The notes under the pieces were generated by a model that worked only from the letters and a program-made list of their open reading frames with translations, made no database searches and had not been told where the DNA came from. The position numbers and the translations under genes were made by a program. A stretch of DNA of 64,000 nucleotides from Bacteroidota bacterium. GTDB lineage: Bacteria > Bacteroidota > Ignavibacteria > Kapaibacteriales > UBA961. The stretch is from contig JADZAA010000085.1 in the NCBI GenBank assembly GCA_020852855.1, forward strand, positions 10,713-74,712. The letters run 5' to 3'. Shown one piece after another: positions 39,189 through 48,466 of the stretch (positions are counted from its first letter, which is position 1; the number at the start of each line of letters is the position of its first letter).

Positions 39189-40955
39189 TTATTTTTCGCC
39201 TAAAGGCGACACAATAAACGGCGGTTTCGGAAAATCGCTTTCGAGCGGGCGCAATTCGCCGTCTTCGAATAAAATATCGGGAACGATGATAGTGGCACCC
39301 GTATATTGGTCGCCGCCGCTTATAAACGGAGATGTAACAGCCGGTGCCAGGTAATTGTAGCAAAATTGTTTTTTGCCGACAAGAATAATATCTTTGAAGG
39401 ATTGCGGTGTTAGTCCTGCCGCTTCCACACCGCGAATAAGCTCTTCGCGCCCGTCGGGATATAATTTTACCGTTTCAAGCACCGACATTTTGGTTTCGCC
39501 TTGCGCAAACGGATATTCTCCGGCAGTTTGCTCGTATAACAATGTGTAAAGTATGTTTTGATTCAACGCTTTGCGAATTATTATACCGAACGGCAACTCG
39601 CGATCCTTACATAGTTTCATCATTCGCTTTTTCAGGCCGGCACGGTCAGCCTGCTTTTTGGATTCGGACGATAGAATAAGGGTGCTAATCATAGCCGCCC
39701 CGCCGCGCTGATGTCCGTTAGATTGGCGTATGCGCTTGGTGGGAATGCGAGATGACAGCAAAGTTTTCAGATATCCTTGATACACAAGCGTAACGCGCTG
39801 TGCGGCAATCCCGTCATCGTCCGTGGAGTAGTTGCCCAATACATATGTTTGCCCGAACGTGGCGCGGTCCGGCTCGGCGGTTAACGATAAAAACTCCGGC
39901 AGAACTCGTCCTCCTATTTTGTTCTGAAAGGCAAAGTAACGTTCTTGGTCTTGGATCCCGCGTTCGGTAAGCGGCGGGCGTTGCGTTACGAGGTTAGGTG
40001 CGAATACTTGGGCAAATAATTCGGCGGCTGCTTGCTCTTCAAACAAAATCGGGCCTGAATATGCCTCCGGCAAAGTGGGTGCGTCAAGCAAAGCGTTGAG
40101 CGTTTTAGCTATTGCCTCAACAGCGTGGAGCAATGAATCGCGGGACGGAAAGTTTCGCGGGTCGCGTGTATAGCATGAATAAGTTTCCGCCAGCGGCATA
40201 CCGTCGGCCGCCTGCGACGAGGCCACGGCTTCTATACCGGCATAAAATTCGTTTTTGTGAAATCCACGCCCTTCGGAATTAACGAAATATACGGTTTTCG
40301 GCAAGTATTCTATACTGACTGCCGAGGCCGAAACTCGCGGATAGCGCAAGAAAACCGCCGAGAGATCATTTGATAATTGTTCGAAATGTGAAACATCGAA
40401 ATCGGGAATTGAAACGGTGTCTTCAATTTCGGCCGGCGGCAAAAGTTTGAAATCGGGTGTTGTATCGGTTCGCAGACGATTTTTTACCGCAGATTCTTTT
40501 TTCGCATAAATCTCGGCTGATTGCTTATATGCGGCATCGGAGGCCAACCATAATTCGCGGCGCAGCGAGGCGTAGTCCGGCTCGAACGTCAGGCGACGGC
40601 CGCGAAAAGTTTCTTCATCGTCGGCACTGCCGAAAAAACCAAGTCCTACATCGAAAAAATTGGTATTGTCGAATTCCGGACTGCCTACGCGAACGCCGAC
40701 GGTAAGCAAAGCCGAACGATTGTTGCGCGAGTACAGTAAACTGCCGAGTGTAGATTTTATGGAACGCGCTTTACGCAATGTAAGGCGATAGTCCATATAA
40801 TAAGGACGCTGCAACGATTCGACCGAGAGTTTGTCCATCGAACGTACCAATTCGTCTTTCATGGCGCGCTGAATATCGTTGTCGGCTGCGGCAACATAAG
40901 CAATGCTAAATGTTGCAAAAATTGAAGTAATTAGTCCGAATGAAAGAAATCTCAT
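39189..40955 (-). CDS. Secreted TldD/PmbA-family putative metallopeptidase
   Basis: Signal peptide. C-terminal segments DDDGIAAQRVTLVYQGYLK...NGHQRGGA align by eye with the TldD C-terminal core DDEGTPTQR...GILKGYL...NGRRES. Confidence 0.45.
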   Translation of the reverse strand: MRFLSFGLITSIFATFSIAYVAAADNDIQRAMKDELVRSMDKLSVESLQRPYYMDYRLTLRKARSIKSTLGSLLYSRNNRSALLTVGVRVGSPEFDNTNFFDVGLGFFGSADDEETFRGRRLTFEPDYASLRRELWLASDAAYKQSAEIYAKKESAVKNRLRTDTTPDFKLLPPAEIEDTVSIPDFDVSHFEQLSNDLSAVFLRYPRVSASAVSIEYLPKTVYFVNSEGRGFHKNEFYAGIEAVASSQAADGMPLAETYSCYTRDPRNFPSRDSLLHAVEAIAKTLNALLDAPTLPEAYSGPILFEEQAAAELFAQVFAPNLVTQRPPLTERGIQDQERYFAFQNKIGGRVLPEFLSLTAEPDRATFGQTYVLGNYSTDDDGIAAQRVTLVYQGYLKTLLSSRIPTKRIRQSNGHQRGGAAMISTLILSSESKKQADRAGLKKRMMKLCKDRELPFGIIIRKALNQNILYTLLYEQTAGEYPFAQGETKMSVLETVKLYPDGREELIRGVEAAGLTPQSFKDIILVGKKQFCYNYLAPAVTSPFISGGDQYTGATIIVPDILFEDGELRPLESDFPKPPFIVSPLGEK

Positions 40956-40994
40956 GGATATTGAAAGCGAAATTCAGAAATATATCAATGTAAT

Positions 40995-41774
40995 TTATTG
41001 CAACGCTATACGCTTGCGTGCGAATCGCTCTTTTCCTATACGAACTTCCGAAACATAGTCGCCGGGCGGCATTCGGCGGCCGGCATCGTCTCGGCCATTC
41101 CAAGTTATGCGGTATTTGCCGGGTGCTTGCCGTCCGTCGAATATTGTCGCAATAACCTTTGCCTGCGGCGAATAAACGACTATTTGCACTTCGGTTGCAT
41201 AGTCTATGACGTATTGCATAACGGGTGAAACATCTTCTTCAAGCCCAAGAAACGCCGCTATTGACGAAAGAGAGATTTGCACACCCGGATTAGGGTTTTT
41301 ATACGGTGATAAATTCGGCACATATTGCGATTGTGCGATATTATACGCGCTCATTACGCGCTCTCGTCCGCTCGGCAGAAAATATTCGGGCGGTAAGTCC
41401 AGTGATTTCATTGCTGTTTGCCAAGGCATTTTTTCTGTGTTTTTTTGCTCGGCCTCCCAATGTTGCGCAAACATTTTTGCATGAATCTGCGCAAGCGTTC
41501 CGGGCGGAATGCCCAATCTCATAATACGGGCAAACGCGCTGTCTTGTTCGGGCGTAAAAGCATATTCTTTCGAGCCGGGCGCAGAAATAATTTCTACTTT
41601 CGAGGCAGAATCAACGCCGAGAGTGTCGCCCGTAAGAATTTGCGTCGGCGTGAATTGGCGTGAACGCAACAGAAGCGAGCGCGTTGCGGCCGAATCGCCA
41701 GGGGCGGCTGACACGACCAAGCCGAAAACTGCGAGTAAAAAGACTGTAAATGTAAGAAGAAAGCGAAGCGTCAT
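40995..41774 (-). CDS. Secreted protein with a T9SS/FlgD-Ig-like C-terminal sorting domain
   Basis: Signal peptide. C-terminus NPNPGVQISL...VIATIFDGRQAPGKYRITWNGRDDAGRRMPPGDYVSEVRIGK matches the Por-secretion-tail pattern (YPNPFNP...IYDxxGRxV...WxGxDxxGxxVxSGVY). Confidence 0.55.
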   Translation of the reverse strand: MTLRFLLTFTVFLLAVFGLVVSAAPGDSAATRSLLLRSRQFTPTQILTGDTLGVDSASKVEIISAPGSKEYAFTPEQDSAFARIMRLGIPPGTLAQIHAKMFAQHWEAEQKNTEKMPWQTAMKSLDLPPEYFLPSGRERVMSAYNIAQSQYVPNLSPYKNPNPGVQISLSSIAAFLGLEEDVSPVMQYVIDYATEVQIVVYSPQAKVIATIFDGRQAPGKYRITWNGRDDAGRRMPPGDYVSEVRIGKERFARKRIALQ

Positions 41775-41929
41775 CGGCGGAGCGTACTAAATGTTGGAAG
41801 CAATGCCGGAAGTTTATCGAAAAGATTTTTGCTTTTGACGAATAAGTTGCCAAGTTATGACAAAAAACAAGGCCGGCAAACAATATGCGTCGCCGGCCTG
41901 CTCAGATTTCAGATTTATTGCGATGCAAA

Positions 41930-43606
41930 TCAGTTTCCGCCGCGCAAGCCTTTTTGTTCGTCGTCCGAAAGTAAGTCTAAGAATGTAACGGAAGCGTTGC
42001 CGTCGCTTTGAAAAGCGGAGTCGGTTCTTTCGCGTTCATTGCGGTGGGAGCGATTATCGCGCCGCTGCGGGCGGTTCTCTCGTGCAGCGGCTTCGGCTGC
42101 CAATTCAGCTTCGTCGTATTTCGGTGCTAAGATAAGCGAGAAATTCTCAGGATTGACATCAACAACCATTACCTCGAGCGTTTCTCCGGCCGCATAGTTT
42201 TTCGCTTTGCCGCCGATGTTGCGTATTTTGCTGCGCGGAATAAATCCGTCGAAATCATCATTGACGCTTACTATAAGCCCGTTTGCGGAAGTTTGGCGAA
42301 CTATTGCCTGCATCGTCGAGCCAACGGGCAGAGTTTCAGCCGCATTGTCCCAAGGATTCGGCTTGGTTTGTTTTAGTCCGAGTGCTATTCGCTTATTCTC
42401 GGCGGATGATGAAATGACCAATGCTTCTATTTCTTGGCCTACGGACAACATTTCCGAAGGATGCTGTACGCGCCGTCCCCATGAAATCTCGGAATTGCGC
42501 AACAGTCCTTCTATGCCGGGGCGCAATCCGATATACGCACCGAAATCGGCCAAACGGCGCACAACGCCTTTGGTGCGCGTTCCGGCGGGGAAATCCTGCT
42601 CAACGCGGATCCAAGGAGATTCTTCGAGTTCACGACGACTTAAAGATATTCGCTCGGAGTTTTTATCCATCGAAAGTACTTTTGCTTTTACAAGGTCACC
42701 TTTCTTTACGATTTGCGACGGGTCATCAATGCGCGCATTCGACAGCCGCGAAATATGTATCAATCCTTCTACGCCGTTCAGGTCGACAAATACGCCGAAC
42801 GATGCAATAGAAACAATCTTGCCCTCGACTATATCGCCTTCTTTGATTGAGCCGAAGAAGTCGGATGTCAGTAATTTGCGACGAGAAACAACGACAGTTT
42901 TGCGCCCTTGCTCATCTTGTTGTATTTCATTGATATGCGCGGTAACTATTTGGCCTATCGCGCTTTGCATTTCTGCTTCCGTCGGTGCGCGTTTTAGTGA
43001 AAAATGCGATGCCGGCAGGAACAGACGTAAGTCTTTGTATTGCGCCCGCAAGCCTCCCTTTATGCGCTCAAGTATCGTAACCTCAATGGTTCCGCCTTCG
43101 GAATGAATTTTTTCAAGCTCGGCGAATAAACCGTCAAGCATTTCCTTGTGCTGACGACGGCGCTCCGCTTCTGCCGCTTTTTCAGCTGCTTTTGCGGCGG
43201 CCTTTTCGGCTGCACGGCGGTCGGCTTCTGCTTGCTCCTCCGGCGTAAGAGCCGGCTTTGTTTTAGCCTCAGCCTTAGGTTCGGCAGCAGCTTCGGCGGC
43301 CGGTTCGGCAGTAGCCTCGGCGGCCGGTTCGGCAGTAGCTTCGGCGGCCGGTTCGGCAGTAGCTTCGGCGGCCGGTTCGGCAGTAGCCTCGGCGGCCGGT
43401 TCGGCAGTAGCCTCGGCGGCCGGTTCGGCAGCAGCCTCGGCGGCCGGTTCGGCAGTAGCCTCGGCGGTTACGGTTGCCACGATTTCACCCGAAGAGGTTG
43501 CTTCCGGAGATTCGGTTGTGATAATAATTTCTGCGGAAATATCCGTAGATACTACGCTTCCCTCATCGGGATTTTGAATGGATTCTTGCTCGGTCATACG
43601 ATACAA
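41930..43606 (-). CDS. S1 RNA-binding domain protein (ribosomal protein S1-like, four S1 domains) with an N-terminal AEATAEPA repeat tract
   Basis: Repeated GxV/IxGxV S1-fold motifs (EGDIVEGKIVSIASFGVFVDL; TRTKGVVRRLADFGAYIGL; etc.). N-terminus has 8-aa tandem repeats. Basic C-terminal tail. Confidence 0.7.
   Translation of the reverse strand: MYRMTEQESIQNPDEGSVVSTDISAEIIITTESPEATSSGEIVATVTAEATAEPAAEAAAEPAAEATAEPAAEATAEPAAEATAEPAAEATAEPAAEATAEPAAEAAAEPKAEAKTKPALTPEEQAEADRRAAEKAAAKAAEKAAEAERRRQHKEMLDGLFAELEKIHSEGGTIEVTILERIKGGLRAQYKDLRLFLPASHFSLKRAPTEAEMQSAIGQIVTAHINEIQQDEQGRKTVVVSRRKLLTSDFFGSIKEGDIVEGKIVSIASFGVFVDLNGVEGLIHISRLSNARIDDPSQIVKKGDLVKAKVLSMDKNSERISLSRRELEESPWIRVEQDFPAGTRTKGVVRRLADFGAYIGLRPGIEGLLRNSEISWGRRVQHPSEMLSVGQEIEALVISSSAENKRIALGLKQTKPNPWDNAAETLPVGSTMQAIVRQTSANGLIVSVNDDFDGFIPRSKIRNIGGKAKNYAAGETLEVMVVDVNPENFSLILAPKYDEAELAAEAAARENRPQRRDNRSHRNERERTDSAFQSDGNASVTFLDLLSDDEQKGLRGGN
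43283..43468 (-). repeat. 24-nt tandem repeat (about 7 copies) encoding (A)AEATAEP in the S1-domain gene
   Basis: Near-perfect iterations of ggcggccggttcggcagtagcctc are visible in the sequence. Confidence 0.85.
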
Positions 43607-43875
43607 AAGACAAAAAATTGAAGAAAGGCGCGTGCCGCCTTATGGTTAATCATCGTCGTCGGCGCGGTTAAACGCTTGACAAACGGCAAATTTAATAAAA
43701 AAAGCGTCTTGTTTGCATGAGATTTTTACGGGAAAGCATTTTTTTTTCAAAAAAACAACATAAGCCGCTGCTTTTTCTCTGATTTTTGATAAATTCTTGC
43801 CGTAGAAACATTAAATTTTCGTAAGTTTTAGGAATTTTATTCGACGAAAGTTCTTCACGGTTAAGGAGAATGGAT

Positions 43876-46800
43876 ATGCGCGGCGGGCTTATTGCGGCAA
43901 TTCTGCTGTTCTGTTGTTTTTGTATTGTTCAAGGACAATCAATATCGAATAAAGGTCGAGATTTTTTATTGACTTTTCCGCCTAATTATCATAATAATTA
44001 CAATTCGCCGACTCTTCGTTTGCGCGACAGTTTGCAAATCTATATCGTAGCCGAAGGGCAAACTTTTTGCTCGATTTTTTATCGCGACCGCAACGGAAGA
44101 TTATTCACCGATACATTTTCCATTGCAAAAGCAGGCGATATTTATACGTTTAGAGTTCCCGCCGTCGGCTTTGAGCTTGAAGGCTTTAATCAAAGCGGAG
44201 CATTGACGGATAACAATCAGAACGAGGTTACGGCACCGCAGTCTTTTCGCATTACCGCAGACGGCGACATTACGGTATTTGCCCTCAGCCAAGCCGAAAC
44301 AACCAGCGACGCGGCTATGATTCTTCCTTTACCTGCTCTCGGCTTGCGATATATTGCCGTATGCTATAACAGCGACGGAAAACTCGATTATCAATATAAC
44401 CTTACCGGACAAAGCACGCCGTCGCAATTCGCCGTAGTTGCTTCCGAAGACAATACGCATATTACGATACGGCCGTCGGCCGCCACGCAGCACTCGGGTA
44501 CTGCAACGCAAAATATTGTTTTGCAGCGCGGCGACGCATATTTGGTTCAGGCTTGGATTGCTCCCGATAATATACGCGCAGATCTTACGGGAACGGAAAT
44601 TACGGCCGATAAGCCTGTTGCGGTGTTCGGCAGTCAGCAACGCGCCACTCTTCCGATTGAAAGTGCATCGAACCTATATTCCCGGGATATGTTGTTCGAG
44701 CAAATTCCGCCTGTCGAATCATGGGGAAAACTGCATATTGTCAGCCCGTTTGCGCAGGCGACAAATCAGACTGCAATAGGTTCCGATATTTTCAGAGTAA
44801 TTGCCGCTTACGATAATACCGCAATTTTTGTTAACGGTGTAAAATCGGCCGTTCTCAATAAAGGTCAAAAATTTGATGCACCGTTAAATGCTCCGGGCGT
44901 GATCAGTACAACGCAACCAACGCTTGTGGCCGAATACAAAAAATCAGCCGGCGATGCGACAAATTCATCTCGTATGGGCGACCCGTTTATGATAATAGTT
45001 CCGCCGCGAGAGCAGTATCTTTCCGCTTATCGCTGCATAAATATTCAGGCGCATTTTCCGCTTAACGGAACAAGCAAGCCGGATACGGCGGTATATTCCG
45101 AGCATTATATTTCAATTGTAATTCCCAAGCGAGCGGTAAACTCACTGCAAATAGACGGAAAGCCAGCCGATATTTCTAAATTACAGCGTGTTCCAACCTC
45201 TTATTCGGCAGGACTTTGCACGGAGATGCTTGCCGGCTGGACGCAAGTTGACGCGGGAGCGCATACAGTAACTGCGGACGAGCCTTTTGCTCTGATGATT
45301 TACGGCTACGGACTTGCCAACAGCTATGGCTATACCGGCGGAATTTCACTTAATAAAAACGCTGATGTTAAGCCTATAAAAGCACTGGGTGCAACTCGCA
45401 TTTGCAGTGGTGACACTGCACAACTTGGCGTAACAGGCGGTATAGGTGGTTATACCTGGCAACCTTCTGCTTCGCTTTCTTGTTCGGATTGTTCCAATCC
45501 CGTAGCACGTCCGGCAAAAACAACTACTTATCGCGTTACGTCGTTCGATGCCGGCGATTGTCCGCTGGTGGACAGCGTAACTGTTGTTGTATCTTTCGTA
45601 TCGGCAAGCGTATCGCCGGATACGACAATTTGCCCGGAAGGTATGGTGCGACTGAAAGTAACGGGCGATAAATTAACTTGTAAATGGTCGCCGGCCGCTT
45701 CACTGTCATGCTCGGATTGTCCGAATCCGACTGCGAAACCCGAAGAAACAACCAAGTATTTCGTAACAATAACAAATAGCGACGGCTGCTCAACAACCGA
45801 TTCTGTTCTGGTAAATGTAAGCGTGCCGTTTGCCGATGCCGGGCGCGACACTGCAATATGCAAAGACGGCTCTGTGCGTTTAAATGCAAACAACGGCGAT
45901 ACTTACTATTGGTTTCCGGCTTCGGGGCTGTCTTGCGTGAATTGTCCGAACCCGGTTGCCACACCTGATGCACCGACCAAATACTTTGTAACTATAACAA
46001 ATAATGCAGGTTGCTCGGCTACCGATTCGGTTTTTGTTGATGTCATAGTTCCGTTAGCCGATGCGGGGCGCGACACAATAATATGCAAAGGCGATTCTGT
46101 TCGCCTGAATGCAAGCGGCGGCGGCGAATATACATGGTTCCCGCCGGTAGGTCTTTCTTGCACAGACTGTCCTAATCCAATTGCTTCTCCCTTAGAAACC
46201 ACAACTTATACGGTTATTGTAATTAGTGACTTTGGTTGCATGGCGCAAGATTCGGTAATCGTAGAGGTCAATAATACGCGCTCAAGGGCTGATTTCACTG
46301 CCCGAATATGTGCGGGAAATTCCGTGTCGCTTTCGGCAAGTGCAGGTAAATCATATAGTTGGTCGCCGCCCGAAGGACTTTCTTGCGCGGATTGTTCCAA
46401 TCCCGTAGCAACGCCGAATCATACAACAACATACACCGTAGAGATTGACAACGGTTCGGGCTGTAAGGCGATTGAGAATACTCGCGTAGTCGTGCGGGAA
46501 TGTTTATCCGAAACCGTAAATTTCGGACGGGTTTTGTCTTGCGATAATCCGGTACAAATCATATATTTTGTAAATCGTGAAGATACTGCGGTGCTGTTTT
46601 TCGGTTTGCGTCCGCTTGATACATCGTTCGTGAATTTCAGACTTGACTATTATGCGCCGCTTCCGATAAAATTAAATCCCGGCGATTCTACGGCTGTCAA
46701 AGTTGTATTTTTGGCTATAGGCGACGCAGATATTACCGCTCGCTATCGTTTTATATCGTCTTATGACACATTACGCGAATGTACTGTAAACGGAACAAGT

Positions 46801-47532
46801 TATACAGTACCGGCGGACTTTTTGCTTGAGTTGCCGAATGGTTCGGTTTCTCCCGGCGAAGAAGTTACAGTTGCCGTGCGTGGCGAGTCGCAGCATTGGA
46901 AACAGGCAGAAATTACCGAACTTCATGCGGAAATAACTTGGAAAAAAGAACATTTTATATTTAATCCAAAGAGTGTAACACTTGGCTTGCAAATGCCGCG
47001 TGATTGGATAATAACTTATGAAAGTGTTGATTTGGGCGATTCGGTAAAATTGATTTTCGATTGCAGCGGTGTTACTCCGATTTTGCTTGACGGCGATATT
47101 TTCCGCTTTCCGGTTCTGGTTATGCTTGGCGGAAAAGAGTATCCGGGAATGGATTTACGCATAAACTTGAATCGGCGCAAAAAATGTGTAATTGCTTCTG
47201 CGGCGAGCGATTCTTTGCAAATATTTTCCTGTGCTTTGCCGTTTCGCTATGTGAAAGGCTACGGAAAATCATATTTTCTGCGGGTTGCGCCTATGCCCGC
47301 TACCGACGGCGAAGCGATAAAAGTGGAATATGGAGTCGGAATTGCATCAAACTCATTGGTAGAGATTTTTTCGGTTACGGGTAAAATGGTTGCAACTCTT
47401 GCTTCCGGCAGTCATGCGGCGGGGGAATACAGCGTCGAAATTCCGCCCGAATTTCTTCCGTCGGGTACATATTATTGCCGCTTGCTATCCGGCGAATTTA
47501 TCGGTATTGCACCGATAATAATAGCCGAATAA
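43876..47532 (+). CDS. Large cell-surface protein of about 1218 aa (from the ATG at 43876): N-terminal IgGFc-binding-like domain, six Cys-containing tandem repeats, T9SS C-terminal sorting domain
   Basis: AAGGAG ribosome-binding site 7 nt before the ATG at 43876. Signal peptide. N-terminal KGRDFLLTFPPNY... resembles the IgGFc_binding N-terminal domain. Six roughly 75-aa repeats of the form ICxGDSVxLxAxGGxxYxWxPxxGLSCxDCxNPxAxPxxTTxYxV...GC...DSVxVxV. The C-terminal LVEIFSVTGKMVATL...GEYSVEIP...LPSGTYYCRL matches a Por secretion tail. Confidence 0.75.
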   Translation: MRGGLIAAILLFCCFCIVQGQSISNKGRDFLLTFPPNYHNNYNSPTLRLRDSLQIYIVAEGQTFCSIFYRDRNGRLFTDTFSIAKAGDIYTFRVPAVGFELEGFNQSGALTDNNQNEVTAPQSFRITADGDITVFALSQAETTSDAAMILPLPALGLRYIAVCYNSDGKLDYQYNLTGQSTPSQFAVVASEDNTHITIRPSAATQHSGTATQNIVLQRGDAYLVQAWIAPDNIRADLTGTEITADKPVAVFGSQQRATLPIESASNLYSRDMLFEQIPPVESWGKLHIVSPFAQATNQTAIGSDIFRVIAAYDNTAIFVNGVKSAVLNKGQKFDAPLNAPGVISTTQPTLVAEYKKSAGDATNSSRMGDPFMIIVPPREQYLSAYRCINIQAHFPLNGTSKPDTAVYSEHYISIVIPKRAVNSLQIDGKPADISKLQRVPTSYSAGLCTEMLAGWTQVDAGAHTVTADEPFALMIYGYGLANSYGYTGGISLNKNADVKPIKALGATRICSGDTAQLGVTGGIGGYTWQPSASLSCSDCSNPVARPAKTTTYRVTSFDAGDCPLVDSVTVVVSFVSASVSPDTTICPEGMVRLKVTGDKLTCKWSPAASLSCSDCPNPTAKPEETTKYFVTITNSDGCSTTDSVLVNVSVPFADAGRDTAICKDGSVRLNANNGDTYYWFPASGLSCVNCPNPVATPDAPTKYFVTITNNAGCSATDSVFVDVIVPLADAGRDTIICKGDSVRLNASGGGEYTWFPPVGLSCTDCPNPIASPLETTTYTVIVISDFGCMAQDSVIVEVNNTRSRADFTARICAGNSVSLSASAGKSYSWSPPEGLSCADCSNPVATPNHTTTYTVEIDNGSGCKAIENTRVVVRECLSETVNFGRVLSCDNPVQIIYFVNREDTAVLFFGLRPLDTSFVNFRLDYYAPLPIKLNPGDSTAVKVVFLAIGDADITARYRFISSYDTLRECTVNGTSYTVPADFLLELPNGSVSPGEEVTVAVRGESQHWKQAEITELHAEITWKKEHFIFNPKSVTLGLQMPRDWIITYESVDLGDSVKLIFDCSGVTPILLDGDIFRFPVLVMLGGKEYPGMDLRINLNRRKKCVIASAASDSLQIFSCALPFRYVKGYGKSYFLRVAPMPATDGEAIKVEYGVGIASNSLVEIFSVTGKMVATLASGSHAAGEYSVEIPPEFLPSGTYYCRLLSGEFIGIAPIIIAE

Positions 47533-47574
47533 GCGCGTACAGCAGATTTGCTTTGCTCGCCCTGCAAAAAAAAC

Positions 47575-47606
47575 TTTGGCAAAGTCGTAGGTTTAACGTA
47601 ATTTCG
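47575..47606 (+). promoter_or_regulatory. Candidate Bacteroidetes/FCB-type promoter (-33 TTTG ... -7 TAATTTCG) for the tRNA pair
   Basis: TTTG at 47575-47578 and TAATTTCG at 47599-47606 with a 20-nt spacer, about 16 nt upstream of tRNA-Ser. Matches the TTG-N(17-23)-TAnnTTTG consensus known for Bacteroidetes sigma-A (sigAB). Confidence 0.3.
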
Positions 47607-47622
47607 CAGTCCTTTTTCAACC

Positions 47623-47709
47623 GGAGAGGTGCGAGAGTGGTTGAATCGGGCGGTCTCGAAAACCGTTATAGGAGTAATCCTATCGAGGGTTCGAATCCCT
47701 CCCTCTCCG
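47623..47709 (+). tRNA. tRNA-Ser (anticodon CGA)
   Basis: Acceptor GGAGAGG/CCTCTCC with G discriminator. Anticodon stem GCGGT/ACCGT with loop CUCGAAA. Long variable arm. T-arm GAGGG-TTCGAAT-CCCTC. No encoded CCA. Confidence 0.85.
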
Positions 47710-47736
47710 CAACGGGACGTGAAAACGTCCCTTATA

Positions 47737-47819
47737 GCCCGGATGGCGGAATTGGCAGACGCGCTATATTCAGGGTGTAGTGAGGGAATCCTCGTGCAGG
47801 TTCAAGTCCTGTTCCGGGC
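47737..47819 (+). tRNA. tRNA-Leu (anticodon CAG)
   Basis: Acceptor GCCCGGA/TCCGGGC with A discriminator. Anticodon loop UUCAGGG. Long variable arm. T-loop GGTTCAAGTCC. Confidence 0.8.
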
Positions 47820-47830
47820 ACTCTAAATTA

Positions 47831-47874
47831 AAAAAGCCTATCTATTGATTAGCAATAGATAGGCTTTTTTAATT
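47831..47874. terminator. Bidirectional intrinsic terminator
   Basis: aaaaaaGCCTATCTATTG-atta-GCAATAGATAGGCtttttt: a 13-bp near-perfect stem with A-run and T-run flanks. It closes the tRNA transcript (+) and the convergent 47908-48342 gene (-). Confidence 0.75.
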
Positions 47875-47907
47875 TTCGGAATAAAATATTTTGATAATTT
47901 GGGCTAT

Positions 47908-48342
47908 CTATTTAGGCTGTGCATTTTGTCCGTCTATTTGCGAGTTAAGCTGCCGTGTTTGGTCTTCGATTTGTTTTGTCAATTCAGCCAATTGCTCGTC
48001 TAATTGCTTTTGCATTTGTCGCGTCTGTTCGTCAATATTTTTTGCCTGCTCATCTAATTGCTTACTTATTGAAGCGAGATTATCCGAGATTTGTTTCAAT
48101 TGCTCTTTATATTGCTTGACAAGATTAAGATTCTGGTCGTGAAAATTCTTAACGATTTGCCCCATTTGCTGATGGGAATTTTTCGTAAGTTTTTTGGATT
48201 GTTCTTCCAAAATTTTCACAAGCTGACGTTTTACATCATCGGATTTTCCTACTGTTGCGGTTTGTGCAGGCTTATCTTGTGCAGAAGCCGGTAAATAAGC
48301 AATAAACAGAATTATCGAGACAATTGTGATGAAGTATTTCAT
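47908..48342 (-). CDS. Secreted Gln/Lys-rich coiled-coil protein (hypothetical)
   Basis: Signal peptide MKYFITIVSIILFIAYLPASAQ followed by heptad-like repeats (KQLDEQ.., EQ..Q). No recognisable catalytic motif. Confidence 0.45.
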   Translation of the reverse strand: MKYFITIVSIILFIAYLPASAQDKPAQTATVGKSDDVKRQLVKILEEQSKKLTKNSHQQMGQIVKNFHDQNLNLVKQYKEQLKQISDNLASISKQLDEQAKNIDEQTRQMQKQLDEQLAELTKQIEDQTRQLNSQIDGQNAQPK

Positions 48343-48466
48343 AGGGTTAAGGAAAAGAGTTTAGGAACTAAATTTGTCTGTTGCTAAGTGCATATAAATC
48401 GGCATTTTATATTTTACGAAAGAATTATTACTTGCTCTGCAATGTTACTGCAAACAATACAACCGC

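Noticed and set aside
42207-43621. + strand ORFs (299 aa and 157 aa, the latter with GGRFGSS repeats)
   Set aside because: Antisense to the S1-domain gene. The GGRFGSS repeat is simply the reverse-complement translation of the AEATAEPA 24-nt tandem repeat.
43283-46500. Possible CRISPR array suggested by regularly spaced repeats
   Set aside because: The 24-nt repeats are contiguous with no spacers and are in-frame coding. The 225-nt repeats in the adhesin gene are diverged protein-domain repeats. No cas genes are present.
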